Shown here in pieces: positions 29,854 through 39,900 of a stretch of 64,000 bases of DNA. The stretch is from Sulfurisoma sp. Its GTDB lineage: Bacteria; Pseudomonadota; Gammaproteobacteria; Burkholderiales; Rhodocyclaceae. The stretch is taken from the NCBI GenBank assembly GCA_030691075.1, contig JAUYFI010000187.1:387-64386 (forward strand), written 5' to 3'. The first letter of the stretch is position 1. Each line of letters begins with the position of its first letter. The translations under genes were made by a program, and so were the position numbers. The notes under the pieces are model-generated. The model ran no database searches. It was not told the DNA's origin and saw nothing but the letters and a program-made list of their open reading frames with translations.

Positions 29854-30351
29854 ATGCGAACTCCCGTCATCGCCCTCGTTGCCGCCTGCACCCTGCTGGC
29901 GGCCGGCTGCGCCATCAACCAGGGCAGCAACTCCATCGACAGCCTGTTCAGTCCGATCGAGCGCAGGATTCCGGGCAGCGGCGCGCTGGTGCCGGACGCC
30001 ACGGTGCAGGTGCTGCCCTCGTTCGGAATTTCGCTCGAGAAGCTGGTCTATTGGGGCGCCTATGCCGCCGCCGCCTACCTGATCCTCGACCCGCTGGCGC
30101 CGAACTGGCAGATCGAGGTGGCCGCGTTTCCCGGCGATCACGTTCATTTTTCGCTCCACATGAAACGCCACTACTCAGGCGGGGCTGGCGAGGCGCGCCA
30201 GGTCTTCCAGCGTCGCGCCAGGCAGATCGTGCGCGAGGGCGGTTACGAGGGCTATGAGGTGGTCGAGTACTCCGAGGGCCTGGAGTCCTCGGTGCTCGGC
30301 TCGCAGCGCATTGCCGAGGGTGTTATCCGGCTGACCAGGAAATTAGGGTAG
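29854..30351 (+). CDS. Putative lipoprotein of unknown function
   Basis: Lipobox LLAAGC after a hydrophobic signal; 8 nt after flgL; GC-rich codon usage like its neighbours. Confidence 0.75.
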   Translation: MRTPVIALVAACTLLAAGCAINQGSNSIDSLFSPIERRIPGSGALVPDATVQVLPSFGISLEKLVYWGAYAAAAYLILDPLAPNWQIEVAAFPGDHVHFSLHMKRHYSGGAGEARQVFQRRARQIVREGGYEGYEVVEYSEGLESSVLGSQRIAEGVIRLTRKLG

Positions 30352-31134
30352 TCCGGTGCTGGCGCGCATCACGGCGCGCATCAACTGGAATCCCTGGCTG
30401 AAGATTTCCTCCAGCGCGGCGCCGAAGTAGGGCAGCGACAGGCCGACGACGGCGAAGCCCGCGAACATGGTCACGGGAAATCCTATCGCGAAAAGGTTGA
30501 GCTGCGGCGCCACCCGCGCGAGCACCCCCATGGCGATGTTGGCGATCAGCAGCGCCACCACCAGCGGCAGCGAGATCAGTACCCCCGCGACAAAGATCAT
30601 CGCCGCGCCCGACAACAGCTTGCCGAGGCCGGCCGCCTGGAAGGGCGTGGCCGACACTGGCCAGAGGGTGAAGCTCTCGGCCAGGATGTCGAGCAGCAGC
30701 AGGTGGCCGTTCAGCGCGAGAAAAGTCAGCGTCGCCAGCAGGCCGAAGAACTCGGTGACGACGGGCGTTTGCCCGGCGTTTTGCGGGTCGTAGAAAACGG
30801 CGAATGACAGGCCCATCTGCAGGCCGATGAGTTCCCCCGCGACATCCACCGCGGTGAATGCGATGCGCAGAGCGAAGCCCAGGAGAATGCCGATAATCAT
30901 CTGTTGCGCCAGGATGGCTAGCCCGATCCAGGAGCCGGCGGGAACCGTCGGCATCGGCGGCAAGGCGGGTGTCAGCGCCAGCGCGATGGCCAGTCCCGTC
31001 ATCAGCCGCAGCCGGCGCGGCATTGCGGCATTGTTGAAGAAGGGAGCGGCGGCCAGCAGCCCGAGGATGCGCGCCAGCGGGAAGAAAAACGCGACGATCC
31101 AGGCGTCGAGCTGAGCGCTGGTGATGGTGATCAT
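30343..31134 (-). CDS. fliR: Flagellar export protein FliR
   Basis: MITITSAQL, AGELIGLQMGLSFA, RVAPQLNLFAIGFP. Confidence 0.96.
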   Translation of the reverse strand: MITITSAQLDAWIVAFFFPLARILGLLAAAPFFNNAAMPRRLRLMTGLAIALALTPALPPMPTVPAGSWIGLAILAQQMIIGILLGFALRIAFTAVDVAGELIGLQMGLSFAVFYDPQNAGQTPVVTEFFGLLATLTFLALNGHLLLLDILAESFTLWPVSATPFQAAGLGKLLSGAAMIFVAGVLISLPLVVALLIANIAMGVLARVAPQLNLFAIGFPVTMFAGFAVVGLSLPYFGAALEEIFSQGFQLMRAVMRASTGLP

Positions 31135-31328
31135 TTCGCCGCTGGGCCGCCCCAAGGCGAAATGCGCGGCTTGCCCCTCCTTGGGGGAAGGGGCAGCGCA
31201 CACAGTGAGCGTGGGGGGTTAACGGTCATGGTTGGCACCACCCCCGATGATGAAACCGTTCGCCCTGAGTAGCCCGCGCAGCGGGCGTATCGAAGGGAGC
31301 GGCGGCCAACTGCGGTTTCCGGAATCAT
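31131..31328 (-). repeat. 65-aa bridging ORF between fliQ and fliR, made of a REP-like hairpin plus junction element A copy 3 (31131-31229)
   Basis: ATG directly after the fliQ TGA; TGA overlaps the fliR ATG; stem CATTTCGCC/GGCGAAATG around TTGGGGCGGCCCAGC. Confidence 0.8.
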
Positions 31329-31598
31329 TCAGCCTATCAGACTGGGAATCGCCTCGAACAGTCGCCGGATGTAGTCGGTCATCACGGTGATCATCCACGG
31401 CCCGGCGAGCACGAGGGTGACGAAGATCATGATCAGCTTGGGCACGAAGGACAGCGTGGCCTCGTTGATTTGCGTCGCCGCCTGGAAGATGCTGATCAAC
31501 AGGCCCGTGACCAGCGCGGCAATGAACAACGGCGCCGAGACCAGCAGCAGCACCTCGATGGCCTGGCGGCCGATGTCGATGACGGTCGACGGAGTCAT
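31329..31598 (-). CDS. fliQ: Flagellar export protein FliQ
   Basis: FQAATQINEATLSFVPKL. Confidence 0.97.
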   Translation of the reverse strand: MTPSTVIDIGRQAIEVLLLVSAPLFIAALVTGLLISIFQAATQINEATLSFVPKLIMIFVTLVLAGPWMITVMTDYIRRLFEAIPSLIG

Positions 31599-31610
31599 CG
31601 GTGGTCTCCG

Positions 31611-32342
31611 TTAACCGAAGCTCGCCACCAGCGAGCCGATGACCAGATTCCAGCCATCGACCAGCACGAACAGCATGATCTTGAACGGCAGCGCGACGAT
31701 TACCGGCGACATCATCATCATGCCCATGGACATCAGCACCGAGGCGACCACCATGTCGATGATGAGGAAGGGGATGAAGACGATGAAGCCAATCTGGAAA
31801 GCCGTCTTGAGCTCGGAGGTGACGAAGGCCGGAATCAGCACGCGCATCGGGATGTCCTCGACCCTGGCGGGCCGCGATTGTTTGGCGATGCGGGTGAACA
31901 ACTGCAGGTCGGCGTCGCGCACCTGCTTGAGCATGAAGCCGCGCAGTGGCACGGCGCCGCGGTCGAGCGCCTCGGAAAAATTGATCTTGTTCTCGGACAG
32001 CGGCAGGTAGGCGTCGGTATAGATCTTGTCGCTCACCGGCGCCATGATGAAAAAAGTGAGGAACAGCGCGAGGCCGACCAGTACCTGGTTGGGCGGCGAG
32101 GTCTGCGTGCCGAGCGCGTGGCGCAGCAGCGAGAGCACGATGATGATGCGAGTGAAGCTGGTCATCATCAGCACGATGGCGGGGATGAAAGTGAGGCCGG
32201 TGAGCAGCAGCAGCGTCTGGATCGACAGCGACCACTGGGTGCCGCCGCCCGACGCGGGCGAACTGGTGATCGCCGGCAGTGCCTGGGCGAACGCTTCCGG
32301 CGCGAATGGCAGGGCCAGAAGAAAAAGAAGCCTAGCGGACAT
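31611..32342 (-). CDS. fliP: Flagellar export protein FliP
   Basis: [36 protein letters not shown]. Confidence 0.97.
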   Translation of the reverse strand: MSARLLFLLALPFAPEAFAQALPAITSSPASGGGTQWSLSIQTLLLLTGLTFIPAIVLMMTSFTRIIIVLSLLRHALGTQTSPPNQVLVGLALFLTFFIMAPVSDKIYTDAYLPLSENKINFSEALDRGAVPLRGFMLKQVRDADLQLFTRIAKQSRPARVEDIPMRVLIPAFVTSELKTAFQIGFIVFIPFLIIDMVVASVLMSMGMMMMSPVIVALPFKIMLFVLVDGWNLVIGSLVASFG

Positions 32343-32754
32343 TCTTGCGCTCGATGACCCGCCTGAGCCAGCCGGGAAAATCCCTGGACTCGGCGGCCGG
32401 TGGTTGCGGCAGCGCCTGCCGCGGGACTTCCGCCAATGCCGAGACGCGCCCCGGCGCGACGCCGAGCACCAACCAGGTCGAGCCGACCTCAAGCACGACG
32501 ACGCGCTCGCGCGTGCCCACGGCCGTGGCGGCGACGACCTTCATCAGGCCGCCGGCGCCGCCGCGCGGCGCCGACAGCCGCTTGAGCAGCCACAGACTGC
32601 CGCCAAGCAGGGCGAACACCAGCAGCAGGCTGAGGATCAGTTGCAGCGCGCTGCCGCCGAGATCCGCGGTCGGCGATACCTGCGCAAAAGTCGGCGCTGG
32701 CGACACGGTGATCGTCAGGGCGGTCAGCAGGGTGGCAAACGATGGACGGAACAT
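32332..32754 (-). CDS. fliO: Flagellar protein FliO
   Basis: TM segment then [11 protein letters not shown]...LVLGV; located before fliP; start uncertain. Confidence 0.9.
   Translation of the reverse strand: MFRPSFATLLTALTITVSPAPTFAQVSPTADLGGSALQLILSLLLVFALLGGSLWLLKRLSAPRGGAGGLMKVVAATAVGTRERVVVLEVGSTWLVLGVAPGRVSALAEVPRQALPQPPAAESRDFPGWLRRVIERKNVR
32686..32708 (-). repeat. Degenerate repeat B inside the fliO 5' region
   Basis: Reverse complement reads CCGTGTCGCCAGCGCCGACTTTT. Confidence 0.6.
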
Positions 32755-32861
32755 GGGCGGCGCTCGATGAATGGCGCGCCCAGCATAAAACGGCGGCCCC
32801 GCCGGAAATGGCGAAGCACACCCGAAAAGCCGGGACTACTCCGCGTTTAGGAGCCGATGTA

Positions 32862-32892
32862 GCGTTTGCGTCGGGCCGCCCCAAACAAACGC
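32862..32892 (-). repeat. Junction element A, 3' module only (copy 6)
   Basis: Stem GCGTTTGT/GCAAACGC around the 15-nt TTGGGGCGGCCCGAC. Confidence 0.7.
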
Positions 32893-32940
32893 GGCCCGTC
32901 GGCGGAGCCGGCAACCCGCTCCCCAGCCAAAATTACGCTT

Positions 32941-33009
32941 CCCGTAACAATCGAGCGCAGCGAGCCACAAGTCGCCCCTCCCGCGAGGGAGTGGCTGGGG
33001 GAGGCGGGC
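32941..33009 (-). repeat. Post-stop hairpin repeat (family C), copy 2
   Basis: Homologous to 8504-8568; begins right after the fliN stop. Confidence 0.7.
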
Positions 33010-33432
33010 CTATCTGTTCAATTTCTTCATCCGCTCCTGCGGCGTGATGATGTCGGTAAGGCGGATACCGAACTTGTCGTTCACCACCACTACCTCGCCC
33101 TGCGCGATCAGCGTGCCATTGACCAGCACGTCCATCGGCTCGCCGGCCAGGCCATCGAGTTCGACGATCGAGCCGTGGGCCAGTTGCAGCAGATTGCGGA
33201 TGGAAATCTTGGTGCGCCCCAACTCCACGGTCAGGGCGACCGGAATGTCGAGAATCATGTCGAAGCCCTGCGACGCCATTGCACCACCGGCGCCGGCGCC
33301 GCCGCCGGAGAGCTGCTCGAAGATATGCGCTGGCTGGGCAGCGGGCGTCTCAGCTACCGCCTGCTCGCTCATCGCGGCAGCCCAGTCGTCTTCGGAAATC
33401 TGGCCTTCCGCGGCCTGGCCGGTTTCGCTCAT
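33010..33432 (-). CDS. fliN: Motor switch protein FliN
   Basis: DDWAAAM, ILDIPV.LTVELGR, GEVVVVNDKFGIR. Confidence 0.97.
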   Translation of the reverse strand: MSETGQAAEGQISEDDWAAAMSEQAVAETPAAQPAHIFEQLSGGGAGAGGAMASQGFDMILDIPVALTVELGRTKISIRNLLQLAHGSIVELDGLAGEPMDVLVNGTLIAQGEVVVVNDKFGIRLTDIITPQERMKKLNR

Positions 33433-33441
33433 TAGCGGCTC

Positions 33442-34422
33442 CTACGGCTGTACTTCATCCTGGGCCAGAAAACGCTCGATCTTCAGTGCGTACTGACTAT
33501 TCTGCAATCCGTAGCGGCAATCCATCACCGGTACGCCATCGACCATTGCCTGCACGTGGTCGCCGATGCCGACGGGAATCACATCGCCGACTTTCATGTT
33601 AACGATGTCGCGCAGCGTCACCTGCGTGTGCGTCAGCGGCACCATCAGCTCGACCTCGGCCATCTTGAGGTTGCGCGTCAACAGGGTCGTCCACCGCTTG
33701 TCGGACGAGACCTGCTCGCTGTGCATGGTGCTGTAGAGCACGTCGCGGATCGGCTCGATCATCGAATAAGGGATGCAGATGTGCATCTCGGCGGAATTGC
33801 CCGACAGTTCCAGCGTGAATGTCACCGCCATCACGATCTCGGAGGGCGTGGCGATGTTGGCGAACTGCGTGTTCATCTCCGAGCGCACGTACTCGAATTC
33901 GACCGGGAATACCGGCTTCCACGACTTTTCGTACTCGGCGAAGACGACGTTGAGCAGGCCCTGGATGATGCGCTGTTCGGTGGCGGTGAAGTCGCGGCCC
34001 TCGACCCGGGTATGAAAGCGGCCGTCGCCGCCGAACAGGTTGTCGACGACGAGAAAGACCAGGTTGGGGTCGAAGATGAACAGCGCGGTGCCGCGCAGCG
34101 GCTTGACCTGGACCAGGTTGAGATTGGTCGGAACCACCAGGTTGCGGATGAACTCGCTGTACTTCTGCACGCGGATCGGGCCGACGGAAATCTCGGCGCT
34201 GCGGTGCATGTAGTTGAACAGGCCGATGCGCAGCAGGCGGGCGAAGCGCTCGTTGATGAGTTCCATCGTCGGCATGCGGCCGCGGACGATGCGTTCCTGC
34301 CGGCCGAGATCGTAGTTCTTGACCCCTCCGGTCTCCTCCTCGGCCGGCGCTTCGTCGGTCTCCCCGGTCACGCCCTTGAGCAGGGCGTCGACCTCTTCCT
34401 GGGAGAGAAATTCCTGGCTCAT
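33442..34422 (-). CDS. fliM: Motor switch protein FliM
   Basis: LSQEEVDALL, RIVRGRMPT, EGRDFTATE. Confidence 0.97.
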   Translation of the reverse strand: MSQEFLSQEEVDALLKGVTGETDEAPAEEETGGVKNYDLGRQERIVRGRMPTMELINERFARLLRIGLFNYMHRSAEISVGPIRVQKYSEFIRNLVVPTNLNLVQVKPLRGTALFIFDPNLVFLVVDNLFGGDGRFHTRVEGRDFTATEQRIIQGLLNVVFAEYEKSWKPVFPVEFEYVRSEMNTQFANIATPSEIVMAVTFTLELSGNSAEMHICIPYSMIEPIRDVLYSTMHSEQVSSDKRWTTLLTRNLKMAEVELMVPLTHTQVTLRDIVNMKVGDVIPVGIGDHVQAMVDGVPVMDCRYGLQNSQYALKIERFLAQDEVQP

Positions 34423-34439
34423 GCCTTATGCGAACCCAC

Positions 34440-35057
34440 TTATTGGACGATGAAGGAAGTGAACAGCACCGCCTGCACCGAGTCCTCGGGATCGGCCTCG
34501 TCGGGGAAGCTGGCGGGCGCCTCGGCCGCCGCCTTCTTCTTGCCCTTGCCGACCTCCTTGGGGCCATCGATGATGCGGTTGATGGCGACACGGATCTCGT
34601 TGGAGAGCTGCTGCACACCCTGGGCGGTGGCTACGTCGGCGGATTTCTTGGCGGACAGGATCAACAGCACCCGGTGACGTATCTCCGGTGTGAATTGCTT
34701 GATCTTGTCGCCGAGCGGCGCGTCGAGCACGCGCAATTCGGGCGTCGTCTGCAGGTAGGACTCGCCGCCCTCGGACTGCAATTTGACGGTGAAGGGATCG
34801 AGCTTGACGAAGACGGGCGGCGCTTCCTTGTCGTCCTTCTTCGCCTTCTTCGCTTTCTGCACCTTGGCTGGCGCCTCTTCGCCGTCGACGGCCTCCTCGT
34901 CGGCGTGGCTGCCCTTCTTCGTCAGGAAGAAGGCGGCGCCGCCGCCACCCAGCACCAGCACGACGACGCCGATGATGATGAAGAGCAGCAGCTTCTTCTT
35001 GGGCGCCTCCGGCGCCTCGGTGCCTTCCGCGGCCTCTGCCTTTTTCGCGTCTGCCAT
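34440..35057 (-). CDS. fliL: Basal-body protein FliL
   Basis: Single N-terminal TM, PFTVKL, VLFTSFIVQ. Confidence 0.95.
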   Translation of the reverse strand: MADAKKAEAAEGTEAPEAPKKKLLLFIIIGVVVLVLGGGGAAFFLTKKGSHADEEAVDGEEAPAKVQKAKKAKKDDKEAPPVFVKLDPFTVKLQSEGGESYLQTTPELRVLDAPLGDKIKQFTPEIRHRVLLILSAKKSADVATAQGVQQLSNEIRVAINRIIDGPKEVGKGKKKAAAEAPASFPDEADPEDSVQAVLFTSFIVQ

Positions 35058-35097
35058 TCAGTGTTCTCCGATCCTAACGATCAAGCTCATGCCGCAG

Positions 35098-36246
35098 TCA
35101 TGCAAAGACGTCGATGATCCCGCGACCGCTGCGCAACCAAGCCGTCGGCGAGTTCGCCGCGAGCCCGGGCGCCATGGCGCCGGTGTCGTGGCCGGCGGCC
35201 ACGGCATTGCCGCGATTATCCCTGTTTTCGTCGCGTGGCGGCGATTGCCGCGGTGATTCGGAACCGACCTGCGCCTGGCCGAGGTTGATGCCGGACTCCT
35301 GCAGCACCTCGCGCAGGCGCGGCAGCGCATTCTCGATCGCGTCGCGCACCGTGGCGCTGGCCGAGGTGAAGATGGCTGTCGCCTGTTCGCCGCTGACCGA
35401 CAGCGATACCTCGATCCGGCCCAGTTGGGGCGGCGTCAGGACGATATCGGCGTGCTGTTCCCGTTTGTTAACCATCCAGGCGAGGCGGTTGGTGAATTCA
35501 CCATCCCATTGCCGAGTGCCGAGCGGAGCCTCGATGCGAACGGCCTGTTCGGCCGCGCGGGGAGCATTTGCTTGTGCCTGCGGCAGGGCATCGGCGCGGG
35601 AGCCCGGATTTTCCGTGGCGACGGTGGCAAGGCATTCCTCGGCCTTGCCCGCCGTGAAGGCGGATCGCCCACCCGTGTTGGTATCGACTGTCGCGGCAAG
35701 AATTGCCGTCGCATTGGCAACATTTGTTGCCGCCGTCGGGTGACCTTGCGGCGTCTCGCCAGCGCCCCGAAGGACGTCTCCTTGGGGGGCGACGACTTCT
35801 TGCCTTGCCTGGCCCGGCTGGAGGGCGATCGCGGGCAGAGCGAGCGGAACCACGCTGGAAGGATCGACGGCCGGCGGTTGCGGGGTTTCGAAGTCGGGCA
35901 GATCCACGGCCATGATGACCCCCGCGCTTTCCGTGGGAACCTGAAGACCGGCATCGGGCGTGATGGGCTGAGCCACCATCCCCAGCAGCAGCAAAATGGT
36001 GTCGGCGGGCACTTCCGCATCGGCGGGGAACTCCACTGCGGCGGGGAACTCCACCGCGGCGGGGAGCTCCACGAATGCTGGAACCGGCATCGGGATCTGG
36101 GCAGCCAGTTGTTCCTGCAGCACGGTAGCGAAGGGCGCGCCTTGCGTTGCGTCACCGGCGGTATCGACCGCTGCGCTGGCATTGCTGGCAGTGGCGGCGG
36201 TAGCGGTCGGCGTGGGCGCCGGGGGGGCAAGGGCAAGAGTGGGCAT
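35098..36246 (-). CDS. fliK: Hook-length control protein FliK
   Basis: Pro/Ala-rich N-terminus; LTPPQLGRIEV...ALPRLRE...GINL T3S4 domain; IDVFA. Confidence 0.93.
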   Translation of the reverse strand: MPTLALAPPAPTPTATAATASNASAAVDTAGDATQGAPFATVLQEQLAAQIPMPVPAFVELPAAVEFPAAVEFPADAEVPADTILLLLGMVAQPITPDAGLQVPTESAGVIMAVDLPDFETPQPPAVDPSSVVPLALPAIALQPGQARQEVVAPQGDVLRGAGETPQGHPTAATNVANATAILAATVDTNTGGRSAFTAGKAEECLATVATENPGSRADALPQAQANAPRAAEQAVRIEAPLGTRQWDGEFTNRLAWMVNKREQHADIVLTPPQLGRIEVSLSVSGEQATAIFTSASATVRDAIENALPRLREVLQESGINLGQAQVGSESPRQSPPRDENRDNRGNAVAAGHDTGAMAPGLAANSPTAWLRSGRGIIDVFA

Positions 36247-36288
36247 GGTCTGATCCTGTTCGGGGACGTGACTCGTCGGTCACCCCAA

Positions 36289-36304
36289 TGCAAGGCTCAT
36301 GCCT
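36289..36304 (-). promoter_or_regulatory. Putative sigma54 promoter for fliK
   Basis: AGGCATGAGCCTTGCA (GG-N10-GC) overlapping the end of fliJ. Confidence 0.6.
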
Positions 36305-36746
36305 GATCTGTTTCTTTTCGGCTGGCAGCTTGGGCTGTATGCTCGTCGAGCGCTTTCTGTTCCCGTTTTAGTTCGGCGTAGTCGACGCGGGACTGGTGGC
36401 GTTGCGCCAGGGTATCGAAGGCCTTGACCCGGCCGCGCTTGGCGATCCATTCCTCCTTGCCTTCCGCGGTACGCTGGCGGCTGGCCTCGACCATGGCCTC
36501 GGCCTGATCGATGGCCGTGTCGAGGCGACCGAAAAAACTCTGGAAGTTGTGCCAGGTGTCGCGTCCCAGCCCGCCCTTGGCCGCCTCGAGGAAGCGCGCG
36601 TGATACTCGGCGCGGTAATCCACCAGCATCCGTAGCCGCTCCTCGGCCGCTTGCTCGCCGGTGATCAACTCGCCCAGACGGCGCGTGGCCTCGTCGAGGC
36701 GAAGCTGCGAAAGATCGAGAATGGGCTGGAGTGGGAAATTGCTCAT
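36297..36746 (-). CDS. fliJ: Export chaperone FliJ
   Basis: MSNFPLQPILDL...YRAEY...KREQKALDE; follows fliI. Confidence 0.93.
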   Translation of the reverse strand: MSNFPLQPILDLSQLRLDEATRRLGELITGEQAAEERLRMLVDYRAEYHARFLEAAKGGLGRDTWHNFQSFFGRLDTAIDQAEAMVEASRQRTAEGKEEWIAKRGRVKAFDTLAQRHQSRVDYAELKREQKALDEHTAQAASRKETDQA

Positions 36747-36769
36747 GGACAGCGACCGGCAAACCGATT

Positions 36770-38170
36770 CTACGCCTGCTGGAACAGGGCATTGAGCTGG
36801 GCGAGACTGTCCGCGCTGGTGGCACGCTCGCCGATCCCCTGCTGCAGGAAGGCTTCCATCCGCGGCAGCAGCACGATGGCGCGGTCGAGCAGCGGATCGG
36901 AGCCCTTGGCATAGGCGCCGACGGACAGAAGGTCGCGGGCGCGCTGGTGGCGCGAATAGAGTTGCTTGAAGTTGCGCACCTGCTCGAGGTGGCCGGCCTG
37001 GATCAGGCTGGTCATGGCGCGCGAGATCGACTGCTCGATGTCGATGGCAGGATAGTGGCCGGCGTCGGCGAGGCTGCGCGAGAGCGCGATGTGGCCGTCG
37101 AGAATGGCGCGGGCGGAGTCGGCAATGGGATCCTGCTGATCGTCGCCCTCGGCCAGAACGGTGTAGAAGGCGGTGATCGAACCGCCGCGTTCGGGGCCGT
37201 TGCCGGCGCGCTCCACCAGTTGCGGCAGGCGGGCGAAGACGGAAGGCGGATAGCCGCGCGTTACTGGCGGCTCGCCGATGGCCAGCGCGATTTCGCGCTG
37301 GGCCATGGCGTAGCGTGTCAGCGAGTCCATGATCAACAGCACATGCTTGCCCTGGTCGCGGAAATGCTCGGCCACCGTGGTCGCGTAGGCCGCGCCCTGC
37401 AAACGCATCAGCGGGCTGACGTCGGCCGGCGCCGCCACGACGACCGAGCGGCGCAGCCCGTCGCGGCCGAGGTTGAGCTCGATGAATTCCTTCACCTCGC
37501 GGCCGCGTTCGCCGATCAGGCCGACGACGATGATGTCGGCCGCGGTATAGCGTGCCATCATTCCCAGCAGCACGCTCTTGCCCACGCCGGAGCCGGCAAA
37601 AAGGCCGAGGCGCTGGCCGCGGCCGACGGTGAGCAGCGCGTTGATGGCGCGGATGCCGACATCGAGCGTGTGGTCGATGGGCGCGCGCTGCAGCGGATTC
37701 ACCGGCCGGCTCACCAGCGAGCGGGTCAGCTTGGCGTGGAGCGGCCCCAGCGTGTCGAGTGGCTTGCCGTTGCCGTCGACGACGCGGCCGAGCAACTGGT
37801 CGCCGACCGGCAGGTGCTTGGCGCGGTCGAGCGTGCGCCGCTGCAGGGTATGCGGCAGGCGGAAGCGCGGCGGGGACGGTGGCGGCTCGAGCGGCGTGAC
37901 GTGGGCACCGGGGGCGAGGCCGTAGACATCCTCGGTCGGCATCATGTAGAGCTTCTCGCCGGCGAAGCCGACAATCTCGGCTTCCACGCTGCCGTTGTCC
38001 GGTGCTTCGATGCGGCACCCCGAGCCCAGCGGCAGCTTGAGCCCGGCGGCTTCCATGACCAATCCATTGATGCGCGTCAGCCGTCCCGACAATTCGAACG
38101 GCTGCGCATGAGCTACCTGGCCGCGACAGTCGGCCAGATACCGCGACCAGAGTTCGCGGCTGCTACTCAT
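36770..38170 (-). CDS. fliI: Flagellar export ATPase FliI
   Basis: AGSGVGKS Walker [21 protein letters not shown]. Confidence 0.98.
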   Translation of the reverse strand: MSSSRELWSRYLADCRGQVAHAQPFELSGRLTRINGLVMEAAGLKLPLGSGCRIEAPDNGSVEAEIVGFAGEKLYMMPTEDVYGLAPGAHVTPLEPPPSPPRFRLPHTLQRRTLDRAKHLPVGDQLLGRVVDGNGKPLDTLGPLHAKLTRSLVSRPVNPLQRAPIDHTLDVGIRAINALLTVGRGQRLGLFAGSGVGKSVLLGMMARYTAADIIVVGLIGERGREVKEFIELNLGRDGLRRSVVVAAPADVSPLMRLQGAAYATTVAEHFRDQGKHVLLIMDSLTRYAMAQREIALAIGEPPVTRGYPPSVFARLPQLVERAGNGPERGGSITAFYTVLAEGDDQQDPIADSARAILDGHIALSRSLADAGHYPAIDIEQSISRAMTSLIQAGHLEQVRNFKQLYSRHQRARDLLSVGAYAKGSDPLLDRAIVLLPRMEAFLQQGIGERATSADSLAQLNALFQQA

Positions 38171-38799
38171 TCCTTCGCGGGCTCCGTATCGGCGGGTTGC
38201 CACGCCGACTCCAGCCCCAGGCCCTCGAGCGTGCGCCGCCAGCGCGTGGCGACGGTGGCGTCGATGTGGCTGCCGCCGGCCTCCAGCACGCAGTCACCGC
38301 GCGCGAGCTTGGGGTCCTCGTGGATGCGATGGCCGGCATGAGTGAGCTGGTCGCCGAGATAGGAGCGGGCCAGCGAGGCATCCTCGGGGTTAAGAAAAAT
38401 CGCCGCGTGCTGGTGCGGCAGCAGCGCCAGTGCCTCGCGTATGACATTGAGCAAAATCGCGGGCTGGGCCGACAACTCGCTGCGCGCCACCTGCCGCCCG
38501 ATCTCCACCGCCAGCGCCAGCAGTTCCTCCGCCACCTGGTCTTCCAGGCCATTGAGAGCCGCGTTGAGCCTGGCCGCCGCCGTGGCCAGTTTCTGCGCCT
38601 CTTCGCGCGCCTTGGCCTGGCCCTCGCCGTAGCCGGCCTGATAACCTTCATGCCGCGCCCGTTCGTGGATCTGTTCGAGTTCCTCGACGGTCGGCGGCTT
38701 GGCGGCCGGCGCCGCGTCCTTCTTCGGCACGGCAGCCGGCTTGGCGGCTTCGTCGAAGGCGGCGAGTTCCCAGCGTTCCCAGGCGGTGAGGTTGGACAT
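38167..38799 (-). CDS. fliH: Export ATPase regulator FliH
   Basis: WERWEL N-terminus, [10 protein letters not shown] repeats, [13 protein letters not shown]. Confidence 0.95.
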   Translation of the reverse strand: MSNLTAWERWELAAFDEAAKPAAVPKKDAAPAAKPPTVEELEQIHERARHEGYQAGYGEGQAKAREEAQKLATAAARLNAALNGLEDQVAEELLALAVEIGRQVARSELSAQPAILLNVIREALALLPHQHAAIFLNPEDASLARSYLGDQLTHAGHRIHEDPKLARGDCVLEAGGSHIDATVATRWRRTLEGLGLESAWQPADTEPAKE

Positions 38800-38803
38800 G
38801 GGT

Positions 38804-38887
38804 CTATGTCCTCAAAGGGCCGCCCCAAGAGGACAGGCATCCACCCGTGGGGGGCGGCGAGCAAATGCGAGCGTGGGGGGCCATCAT
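38804..38887 (-). repeat. Junction element A, copy 4 (27-aa mini-ORF MMAPHARICSPPPTGGCLSSWGGPLRT)
   Basis: ATG 2 nt after the fliG stop, TAG 4 nt before the fliH ATG; stem TGTCCTC/GAGGACA around TTGGGGCGGCCCTTT. Confidence 0.8.
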
Positions 38888-38889
38888 CG

Positions 38890-39900
38890 TCAGACCATCT
38901 GATCTTCGCCGCCCTTGCCGCCGAGCACGATCTGCCCCTCGTCGGCGAGGCGGCGGGCGATCTTGAGGATTTCCTTCTGCTCGTTCTCGACCTCGGACAG
39001 GCGTACCGGCCCCTTGGCCTCGAGGTCTTCCCTGAGCATCTCGGCGGCGCGCTGCGACATGTTCTTGAAAATCTTCTCGCGCAGCTCCGGCGGCGCGCCC
39101 TTCAGCGCCAGGATCAGCGAGTCGGACTGCACCTCGCGCAGCAGCAACTGGATGCCGCGGTCGTCGACATCCATCAGGTTCTCGAACACGAACATCTCGT
39201 CGAGGATCTTCTGCGCCAGCTCCGGGTCGTATTCGCGCACATTGTCGACCACCGAGGTTTCCACCGCCTGGCCGACGAAGTTGAGTATTTCCGCGGCATG
39301 ACGCACGCCGCCCATCGCCGCCTTCTTGACGTTGCCCGCGGCGCCGGCGAGCAGTCGCCGCATCGCCTCGTTGAGTTCCTGGATCGCCACCGGCTGCACG
39401 CCGTCGAGCGTGGCGATGCGCAGCAGCACGTCGTTGCGCAGGCGCTCGGTGAATAGCTTGAGAATCTCGCCGGCGTGGTCGTAATCGAGATGGACGAGGA
39501 TGGTGGCGATGATCTGTGGGTGTTCGTTGCGAATCAGGTCGGCCACGGTGGCCGCGTCCATCCACTTGAGGCCCTCGATGCCGGCGGTGTCGCCGCCCTG
39601 CATGATGCGGGCGATCAGATTGGCCGCCTTGTCGTCGCCGAGCGCCTTGGTCAGCATGGCCCTGATGACGTTCTCGTCGACGGTGAGCGGGCTGCCCTTG
39701 GCCGTCTGCTGGGCCAGTTCGTCGAGAATGGCTTCCACCTTGTTGCGCGGCACGGCCTTTATCGCCGCCATGGCGTGGCCGAGCTTCTGCACCTCCTTCG
39801 GGCCAAGGTGCTTGAGAATCTCGGCGGCCTCGTCCTCGCCCAGCGACAGCAGCAGCATGGCGCTTTTTTCGACGCCGTCCTCAGCGCTGCTCGCCGCCAC
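38890..39900 (-). CDS. fliG: Motor switch protein FliG
   Basis: EHPQIIA, MGG, MFVFENL, NMSQRAA. Confidence 0.97.
   Translation of the reverse strand: MAASSAEDGVEKSAMLLLSLGEDEAAEILKHLGPKEVQKLGHAMAAIKAVPRNKVEAILDELAQQTAKGSPLTVDENVIRAMLTKALGDDKAANLIARIMQGGDTAGIEGLKWMDAATVADLIRNEHPQIIATILVHLDYDHAGEILKLFTERLRNDVLLRIATLDGVQPVAIQELNEAMRRLLAGAAGNVKKAAMGGVRHAAEILNFVGQAVETSVVDNVREYDPELAQKILDEMFVFENLMDVDDRGIQLLLREVQSDSLILALKGAPPELREKIFKNMSQRAAEMLREDLEAKGPVRLSEVENEQKEILKIARRLADEGQIVLGGKGGEDQMV

Noticed and set aside
36297-38018. 573-aa ORF suggesting a long fliJ fusion
   Set aside because: Only the last 149 aa (from 36746) are FliJ; the rest is an alternate frame of fliI
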